From assembly GCA_046726415.1 (NCBI GenBank), contig JBKPAK010000273.1, forward strand, positions 1 through 13,890: DNA of 13,890 bases, written 5' to 3'. Shown piece by piece: positions 7,924-13,890 of the stretch. Position numbers and translations under genes: made by a program. This DNA is from Candidatus Methylomirabilota bacterium (GTDB taxonomy: Bacteria > Methylomirabilota > Methylomirabilia > Rokubacteriales > CSP1-6). The stretch's first letter is position 1, and the number at the start of each line of letters is the position of its first letter. The notes beneath the pieces are model-generated. The model was not told where the DNA came from, did not search any database, and saw only the letters and a list, made by a program, of their open reading frames with translations.

Positions 7924-8856
7924 ATGGCCGTCCGCTCCACCTCGCTGGAACGGCAGGCGCCGGTCGCGCGCCAGCCGTTCTCGCTCGGCAGTGTGCTCGA
8001 GCGCGAATGGCTGTTCAGCTGGGTGATGCTGGCCCCGGGCGTGCTGTTTCTGCTCGCCTTCGTGGCCTACCCCTTCTTCTACGGTGTTTTCCTGAGCCTG
8101 CAGGACCGCCCGGTCGCCCGGTCGGGCGTCTTCGTGGGTCTGGCCAACTTTGCCGCCCTCGCCGGGGACCCGGTGTTCTGGCAAGTGTCCCGCAACACCC
8201 TCGTGTACGCGGCGGCGACCACGGTTCTGAAAGTGGTCGGGGGCATGGCGCTGGCCCTGGTGCTGAATCAGCCCTTCCGGGGGAGGAACCTGGCCCGCGC
8301 GTTTCTCCTCCTTCCATTCATCGTCCCCACGGTCCTCTCGACCATCGCCTGGCTGTGGATCTTCGACCCGACCTTCAGCGTGGTGAACTGGTTCCTCGTC
8401 CAGGTCGGTGCGGTGAAGTCGGGCTTCTCCTGGCTCGGCAACGCGACCCTGGCCATGGCCGCGATCATCATTGTCAATACATGGCGGGGCATTCCTTTCT
8501 ACGGCATCACCTTGCTGGCCGGGCTCCAGACCATCTCACCCGATCTTTACGAGGCGGCGTCCATCGATGGGGCCAACACCCGACAGCGCTTTGTCCACGT
8601 GACCCTGCCCATCATCAAGCCGGTGCTCATCATCGTCACCATGTTCTCGGTGATCTTCACCTTCTCGGACTTTCAGCTCATTTACATCCTGACCGGCGGC
8701 GGTCCGGCCAACGCCACGCACGTCTTCGCCACCTACGCCTTCAACGTCGGCATGAGCGGAGGCCAGCTCGGCCTGGGGGCGGCGGTGGCGCTGTCCATGC
8801 TTCCCCCCCTGGCTCTGCTCATCGTGGCGCTGACCCTCTATCTGAGGCGCGAGTGA
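7924..8856 (+). CDS. Carbohydrate ABC transporter permease (MalF/UgpA-like), 310 aa
   Basis: Multiple TM segments, FVGLANF motif, EAA loop LAGLQTISPDLYEAASIDGAN..QRFVHVTLP, LTGGGP. Starts 3 nt after the SBP stop. Confidence 0.93.
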   Translation: MAVRSTSLERQAPVARQPFSLGSVLEREWLFSWVMLAPGVLFLLAFVAYPFFYGVFLSLQDRPVARSGVFVGLANFAALAGDPVFWQVSRNTLVYAAATTVLKVVGGMALALVLNQPFRGRNLARAFLLLPFIVPTVLSTIAWLWIFDPTFSVVNWFLVQVGAVKSGFSWLGNATLAMAAIIIVNTWRGIPFYGITLLAGLQTISPDLYEAASIDGANTRQRFVHVTLPIIKPVLIIVTMFSVIFTFSDFQLIYILTGGGPANATHVFATYAFNVGMSGGQLGLGAAVALSMLPPLALLIVALTLYLRRE

Positions 8857-9701
8857 TGGTCGGCGGGCGCGGGCTCGGGGCGCGGCTGCTACGGCTCTAC
8901 CTGCCGCTCGCGGTGTTTCTGGTGGGCATGTTGTTTCCCTTCTACTGGATGCTCATCACGTCCATCAAGCCGAACCGGGAGCTGTACAACGCGCGCATCA
9001 TGCCGCTGGTCGTGCATCAACCCACCTTGAAGCACTACGTCGATCTGCTGTCGCAGACGAACTTCCTTACGTGGACCTACAATACGCTGCTGGTGTCTGT
9101 CGTCACCACCCTGCTGTCACTCGTGCTCGGCACGATGATGGCCTACCCGCTGGCGCGCCTGCGCTTTCCCGGCGCGGCCGTCGTGGCGGTCGGGGTGGCC
9201 GCGACCTACCTGGTGCCGCAACCGCTCCTGTTCATTCCGATGTCCGACATCATCAACGGACTCGGCCTCGGCAACACGCTCACCGCGGTCATGCTGACCT
9301 ACCCGACCCTGCTGATTCCCTTCTGCGCATGGCTGCTGATGGGCTACTTCAAGAGCGTGCCACGGGAACTGGAGGAGGCCGCGCGCATCGATGGCGCCAG
9401 CCGTTTCCAGGCCGTGGTCCGCGTGGTGCTGCCCCTGTGCACGCCCGGTCTGCTCTCCGCGGGGATCTTCGCCTTCACCCTCGCCCAGAACGAATTCCTC
9501 TACGCGCTGATCTTCCTGACCAATAGCGAGGTGCGCACGGTACCGGTGGGGGCCATCACCGAGCTGATCCGGGGTGACGTCTTCTACTGGGGGCAGCTCA
9601 TGGCCGCGGCCCTGCTGGGCTCCATCCCCGTCGCCATCATCTATTCGTTCTTCGTCGAGCACTACGTCGCCGGCCTGACGGCCGGCTCCGTGAAGAGCTA
9701 G
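8856..9701 (+). CDS. Carbohydrate ABC transporter permease (MalG/UgpE-like), 281 aa
   Basis: ATG at 8856 overlaps the previous stop (TGATG). FPFYWMLITSIK, AYPLARLRFPG, EAA loop YFKSVPRELEEAARIDGAS, C-terminal GLTAGSVKS. Confidence 0.93.
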   Translation: MVGGRGLGARLLRLYLPLAVFLVGMLFPFYWMLITSIKPNRELYNARIMPLVVHQPTLKHYVDLLSQTNFLTWTYNTLLVSVVTTLLSLVLGTMMAYPLARLRFPGAAVVAVGVAATYLVPQPLLFIPMSDIINGLGLGNTLTAVMLTYPTLLIPFCAWLLMGYFKSVPRELEEAARIDGASRFQAVVRVVLPLCTPGLLSAGIFAFTLAQNEFLYALIFLTNSEVRTVPVGAITELIRGDVFYWGQLMAAALLGSIPVAIIYSFFVEHYVAGLTAGSVKS

Positions 9702-9961
9702 CCGGCGGCGAACGGTCGACGCCAGCTCGGCGTGGCGATCCGCGGCCAGGACTCTCGGGGCGACTTTACCTGTGAGGCAATTGCCACGCGCGGCGTCACG
9801 CGTCACGATGACCGCAGATCGGCCCGCGCCCGAGTCACGGCCGGCCACCCACTCATCTTCGAGGGGCGACGATGAGCGTGGGCGCCCAACCACGCAACAC
9901 ATGCGGTGGACGGCCGCGCTATCATCGGCCTTGGCACATCGTCACCACGAAGGAGGACACG

Positions 9962-10441
9962 ATGGGAGCACGAGCGGAAGCGCTAGCCAAGAAGTTCGAG
10001 GCGAAAGCTCAGGAAGCGGGGGCGGTGATGGAGCGGTTGAGCGACGCCGACTGGAAAAAGGTCACGTCGGCCGAGAAGTGGTCGGTCGGTGTGGTTGCCC
10101 ATCATCTGGCCGGGTCTCACGAGCCCATCGCGGGCATTATCAAGGCCGTGGCCAGTGGCCAGTCCATGCCGAATTTCACCATGGAGATGCTCCACGAGAT
10201 GAACGCGAAACACGCCCAGGAGCACGCCCATTGCACCAAGGCGGAAACGGTCGCGCTTCACGCGAAGGGCGTCGCAGCCGCCGCGGCGGTCGTCCGCGGT
10301 CTCAGCGACGCCGAGCTGGACCGCAGCGGGACGGTACTGACGGGCATGCCATCTATGAGTGCCGAGCAGGTCGCCTCCGGGATTCTCCTCGGTCACATCG
10401 ACGAGCATCTCGCCAGCATCCGCGCCGCCGTCGGCGCCTGA
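9962..10441 (+). CDS. DinB/YfiT superfamily protein (MDMPI-N-like), 159 aa
   Basis: SD AGGAGG at 9951-9956 before ATG 9962; candidate -10 TATCAT at 9920-9925. Motifs LSDADW, EKWSVGVVAHHLA and LLGHIDEHLASI (H + H-x3-H triad). Confidence 0.82.
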   Translation: MGARAEALAKKFEAKAQEAGAVMERLSDADWKKVTSAEKWSVGVVAHHLAGSHEPIAGIIKAVASGQSMPNFTMEMLHEMNAKHAQEHAHCTKAETVALHAKGVAAAAAVVRGLSDAELDRSGTVLTGMPSMSAEQVASGILLGHIDEHLASIRAAVGA

Positions 10442-10475
10442 GGTCACGGCCCTATAGACGCAGGACCGCGCGGAC

Positions 10476-10527
10476 CGGCGCGTCGCGAGAGGGAGGCCCG
10501 ATCCGGGAGCCCCGCCGCGTCGCGCCG
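10476..10527. terminator. Imperfect GC-rich hairpin between convergent genes (possible bidirectional terminator or RNA-stabilising stem)
   Basis: CGGCGCGTCGCG (10476-10487) pairs with CGCGTCGCGCCG (10516-10527) with one mismatch; inner CCCG-atc-CGGG stem. No U-tracts. Confidence 0.3.
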
Positions 10528-10539
10528 TGCTCCACCGCG

Positions 10540-11487
10540 TCACTTCACGGCGTATGGGTTGATGGGCGTGCCCACGGCGTTTGTCACGGGCAGGGGCGGC
10601 GCCACCAGCAGAAAGGCATAGCGGCCGTCGGCGGCGCAGTCGGCGGCCAGCGCCTCCAGGAAGAAAATCTCCCCGAGCGTAAGGCCCATGTTGGGGATGG
10701 CGCAGATGTGGAAGGGACTGCGAAAGGGCGGCAGCTCCGAGGGCCGGACCTCGACTGCGTAGTTGTCACTGGCCACGGCGGCGATCTCCCGCGCATGCAT
10801 CCACGGCGCCGTGTGCACCGAGACCCCGGGTGCGTCGTCCAGGTCGAAGTGGCGCCAGTCATCCTTGTCCAGATACGGCGACATGTGGCCGGTGCGAATC
10901 AGCAGAAGATCGCCGCGCCTCACCTGCACCTTCTGGGCGGCCGCGGTGGCGTCGAGATCGTCGACGGTGATGGCGTAGCCCGGGGCCAGCGCGCGCACGC
11001 CCTTGTGGCGAGCGACGTCGAGGAGGACGCCCCGGCCGACGATCTTGTCCTTGGTCTTGTCGATGCTGTTCTTGGCCGCTCCGCTACTCGTCACGAGAGC
11101 GGCATCGAAGCCGTTGTACATCTTGCCCTCGTAGAACACGTGGGCGAGGCTATCCCACTGGGTGACGCACTGGAGCGGCATGACGATCCAGTCGTCCGAG
11201 CCGCCGTAGCCCTGCATCTCCAGCACCGCGGCGGCATCCTTCGGCTGATCGCCACCGTCCCGGAACATGGTGTGGATCGGATTGAAGCGCTGCCGTGTCC
11301 CACTTTGCGGACCCTGGCGCTGAAGCGGAATGCCCAGCGCGAATACCTTGCCGCTCGTGGCGAGCCGGCAGGCCTCGGCAATCGACGCCGGCGTGATGTA
11401 GTTCAGGGTCCCGACCTCGTCGGTCGGTCCCCATCGACCCCAGTTGCGAACCTGCATGGCTAGCGTCCGGAGAGTGTCTTGGCTCAT
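10540..11487 (-). CDS. Cyclase-family metal-dependent hydrolase (kynurenine formamidase/isatin hydrolase fold), 315 aa
   Basis: ATG at 11487 (MSQDTLR...). Motifs NWGRWG..DEVGTLN, QCVTQWDSLAH (variant of HxGTHxD), IVGRGVLLDVAR, GDLLLIRTG, AVASDNYAVE, LGEIFFLEALA, GTPINPYAVK. Confidence 0.9.
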   Translation of the reverse strand: MSQDTLRTLAMQVRNWGRWGPTDEVGTLNYITPASIAEACRLATSGKVFALGIPLQRQGPQSGTRQRFNPIHTMFRDGGDQPKDAAAVLEMQGYGGSDDWIVMPLQCVTQWDSLAHVFYEGKMYNGFDAALVTSSGAAKNSIDKTKDKIVGRGVLLDVARHKGVRALAPGYAITVDDLDATAAAQKVQVRRGDLLLIRTGHMSPYLDKDDWRHFDLDDAPGVSVHTAPWMHAREIAAVASDNYAVEVRPSELPPFRSPFHICAIPNMGLTLGEIFFLEALAADCAADGRYAFLLVAPPLPVTNAVGTPINPYAVK

Positions 11488-11618
11488 GCCCACTGTTATC
11501 GCATATCTCGTTCTCGTCCCGGCCACGTGAGCGCACCGAAGTCGAGTCCGCACGTCGGTATGCAGGCTCTTGCCGGCGCTCCGCGCGGAGCCAGCGGGTG
11601 TTGGTCCGAGGGGGACGA

Positions 11619-11627
11619 TGATACGAT
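11619..11627 (+). promoter_or_regulatory. Putative extended -10 (TGaTACGAT) for a leaderless MFS transcript
   Basis: TG-n-TACGAT ends 7 nt before GTG 11635; no SD adjacent to the start codon. Confidence 0.45.
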
Positions 11628-11634
11628 CCGCCTG

Positions 11635-12900
11635 GTGACCGATCGCCCCGCCTCCACGCTCGCTCCCCCGTTCGCCGCGCTCCACGTCCGCGACTACCGC
11701 CGATATTTCGTGGCGAGCCTGCTCGCGGCGACGGCCGACAGCATCGAGCACGTCATCAGCTACTGGGTCATCTTCCTGAAGTTTCACTCCCCCACCCTGG
11801 CCGGGTTCGCCGTCGTCAGCCACTGGATGCCGTTCCTGTTCTTTGCCTTCTACGCCGGCGCGCTGGCCGATCGGTACGACTGCCGCAAGCTCATCCAAGC
11901 GGGCCAGGCGCTCTTCATGCTGGCGTCGCTGGCGTGGGGCGTGCTCTTTCTCACCGACACGCTGCGGATGTGGCACGCCGTGGTGATCCTGCTGATCCAC
12001 GGCGCGGCGGGAGTGGTGGGCACGGCGGCGGTGCAGCTCATCCTCCACGACATGGTCGGTGCCCAGCAGCTCCAGAGCGCCGTCCGTCTCAATGCCAGTA
12101 GTCGGCATCTGTCGATCCTCCTCGGGCCGGCGGTGGGCGGTGGTCTCATGCTGGCCCTGGGCCCGGCGTGGGGCCTGCTGGCGAACGTCCTGTTCTACCT
12201 GCCATTCACGATCCTGCTGGCGGGCATCCCGTACACCGGGCACGCCCAGCACGACGGGCCGCCGCGGCGCGCCTGGCGCTTCGGTGTGGGCGAGGCGCTG
12301 CGCATCTTCGGGCAGGTGCGGACTGATCGCCGGATCGCCACCATGATTGCGCTCGGCGGCGCCACCTCGTTCTTCGTGGGCAACGCCTTCCAGGCCCAGA
12401 TGCCGCAATACGCACATCATTTGGGGACGAACGCCGCCGGCGCGGGGTACAGCATCCTCCTCGCCGCCAACGCGGCGGGCGCCGTGATCGGAGCGGTGCT
12501 CCTCGAGAGCCTGAATCTCCTTCGTCCGAGCGCGCGGACGGCGATCCTCTGCGCGGGGGCGTGGGGCGTGACGATCGGGCTATTCCCGCTGGCCCAGAGC
12601 TACGAGGTGGCGGTTGCGCTCCTCTTGCTGGCCGGACTGTTCAACATCGCCTTCACGTCGATGGCCCAGACCTTGGTCCAAATCCTGGCCCCTCCCAGCT
12701 TGCGAGGAAGGGTCGTCGGCGTCTTCAATACGGCCGTGCTCGGGCTCCGGGCCGGGAGCGGGGTGACTGTCGGTGTGGTGGGCGCCATCATCGGCGTTCG
12801 CTGGTCGCTTGCGCTGAGCGCGGCGGCCGTGGTCGCGATCGCCGTCGTCCTGCTTGGCCGCGAGAGCACCGGCCTCGCCGTGGAGGATCGGTCGGACTAG
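11635..12900 (+). CDS. MFS transporter (MFS_3/EntS-like putative exporter), about 421 aa
   Basis: About 12 hydrophobic segments; N-terminal PFAALHVRDYRRYF; motif A GALADRYDCRKL; LGPAVGG; C-terminal QILAPPSLRGRVVGVF. Start placed at GTG 11635 because the upstream in-frame extension is low-complexity and overlaps the cyclase start. Confidence 0.88.
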   Translation: MTDRPASTLAPPFAALHVRDYRRYFVASLLAATADSIEHVISYWVIFLKFHSPTLAGFAVVSHWMPFLFFAFYAGALADRYDCRKLIQAGQALFMLASLAWGVLFLTDTLRMWHAVVILLIHGAAGVVGTAAVQLILHDMVGAQQLQSAVRLNASSRHLSILLGPAVGGGLMLALGPAWGLLANVLFYLPFTILLAGIPYTGHAQHDGPPRRAWRFGVGEALRIFGQVRTDRRIATMIALGGATSFFVGNAFQAQMPQYAHHLGTNAAGAGYSILLAANAAGAVIGAVLLESLNLLRPSARTAILCAGAWGVTIGLFPLAQSYEVAVALLLLAGLFNIAFTSMAQTLVQILAPPSLRGRVVGVFNTAVLGLRAGSGVTVGVVGAIIGVRWSLALSAAAVVAIAVVLLGRESTGLAVEDRSD

Positions 12901-12915
12901 GGAGATGGGGCTCGA

Positions 12916-13890
12916 TCAGCCGGAGAGCCTCAGCTCCTTTCGCAGGGCCTCGGCGAGACGCACGTAGTGTGAGCGAGTGTTGTAGAGCTGCGCCGAGATC
13001 CGCACGAGCCGGTGGGGCGCGGCGGGCCAGCTCATCACCGGCACTTCGATGCTCCAGCCGTCGAAGAGTCGGCGCTGGAGTGGATCGAGACAGCGCCAAA
13101 CGACCTCGCTCGTCGAGCCATCGGGCAGGGGAAGGCTGGCCAGCGAGCCGACCATCTCATCCGGACAGGGCGGTGGGATCCCCAGCGCGTCGCAGAGCAG
13201 CCGCCGCGCCTCCAGAGCGAGCTCGCGGTTGCGCGCCATGAGCGCCGACCATCCGCCGGTGACCAGCGATCCGACGTACTCGAGAGCTCTGGGGACGGTC
13301 AGCCACGCGGTGGGATCGACCGTGCCCGTCCAGTCGAATTCCAGGCGGAAGCGCGAGCGGTCTCGCTGCCTGGCGTTGGCGCCGTGGCTGATGGTGAGGG
13401 GCCGGATGGCAGCCTGGCGATCTCGACGAACCCACAGGAAGGCGGCGCCCTTCGGCGCGCAGAGCCACTTGTGGCAGTTGCCGCTGTAGTAGCTGGCGCC
13501 GAGGGTCTGGAGATCGAGCGGAACCATGCCGGGGGCATGGGCGCCGTCAACCAGGACCTCCACGCCTCGCGCGGCCAGCTCGGCGATCAGGGGCTGGATC
13601 GGCAACACGAGGCCGGTCGGGCTCGTCACGTGGTCGAGCAAGGCCAAACGCGTCTCGCGGCTGACGCCTTTCATCACCGAATTCACGACCGCGTTCGGAG
13701 ACGCGAGCGGGAAGGGAACCTCGGCCACGACGACGCGGGCGCCCGACCGGCCGGCCACGAAGTCCAGCGCGTTCTTGCAGGCATTGTAGGCGTGATCCGT
13801 GGTGAGCAACTCATCACCGGGGGCCAGGACGAGCGAGCGGAGCACCGCGTTGACGCCGCTGGTGGCATTGGCGATGAAGGCCAGGTCCTC
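12916..13890 (-). CDS. Class V PLP-dependent enzyme, isopenicillin-N-epimerase-like / C-S lyase (cysteine desulfhydrase or Egt2-like); 5' end outside the window
   Basis: Frame is open from 13890 (EDLAFIANATSGVNAVLRSL...). Motifs TDHAYNAC, DHVTSPTG, VDGAHAPG, YYSGNCHKWLCAPKG (PLP Lys), EFDWTGTVDPTAW, VRISAQLYN. Confidence 0.88.
   Translation of the reverse strand, partial: EDLAFIANATSGVNAVLRSLVLAPGDELLTTDHAYNACKNALDFVAGRSGARVVVAEVPFPLASPNAVVNSVMKGVSRETRLALLDHVTSPTGLVLPIQPLIAELAARGVEVLVDGAHAPGMVPLDLQTLGASYYSGNCHKWLCAPKGAAFLWVRRDRQAAIRPLTISHGANARQRDRSRFRLEFDWTGTVDPTAWLTVPRALEYVGSLVTGGWSALMARNRELALEARRLLCDALGIPPPCPDEMVGSLASLPLPDGSTSEVVWRCLDPLQRRLFDGWSIEVPVMSWPAAPHRLVRISAQLYNTRSHYVRLAEALRKELRLSG

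Noticed and set aside
6514..8184. 556-aa antisense ORF (and similar ones at 416-1444, 3201-4325, 5296-6471, 9117-9902)
   Set aside because: Shadow ORFs on the opposite strand of well-supported genes. They are expected from GC-rich codon bias and show no recognisable motifs.
7707..8855. Apparent 664-aa permease with a long N-terminal extension
   Set aside because: The extension is an alternate-frame read of the SBP end and first permease; the real start is ATG 8856.
11488..12420. Apparent 626-aa cyclase with an extra N-terminal domain
   Set aside because: The extension is the antisense of the MFS gene; cyclase homology begins at MSQDTLR (11487).
1..13890. CRISPR arrays, tRNA/rRNA, transposases, integrases, phage or defence genes, frameshifted pseudogenes
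   Set aside because: No regularly spaced repeats, tRNA-like signatures or recombinase motifs seen by eye. All called genes inside the window are full length with intact catalytic motifs. Intergenic gaps are under about 270 nt.

Overview
GC-rich bacterial chromosomal segment, densely coding, with 13 supportable protein genes (two truncated by the window edges). In order: a KpsS/KpsC-like capsule polysaccharide biosynthesis protein (+, 5' truncated); a translationally coupled DinB-family + Rv3520c-like (probably F420-dependent) LLM oxidoreductase pair (-); LL-diaminopimelate aminotransferase dapL (+); a stand-alone receiver-domain response regulator (-); a Zn-dependent MDR alcohol dehydrogenase (+); a CUT1 ABC transporter operon (Tat-type binding protein + two permeases, no ATPase) (+); a second DinB-family protein (+); a cyclase-family metal hydrolase (-); an MFS transporter (+); and a class V PLP enzyme of the isopenicillin-N-epimerase/C-S lyase type (-, 5' truncated). 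I see no RNA genes, CRISPR array, mobile element or defence system. The gene mix and style recall Candidatus Rokubacteria-like genomes, but that is an impression, not a demonstration. I found no clearly novel multi-gene system. The most interesting points are the DinB-LLM coupled pair, a possible low-molecular-weight-thiol theme across several genes, the orphan hybrid-kinase-type receiver, a palindromic operator candidate, a multi-hairpin intergenic element with mutually exclusive folds, and a probably leaderless MFS transcript.
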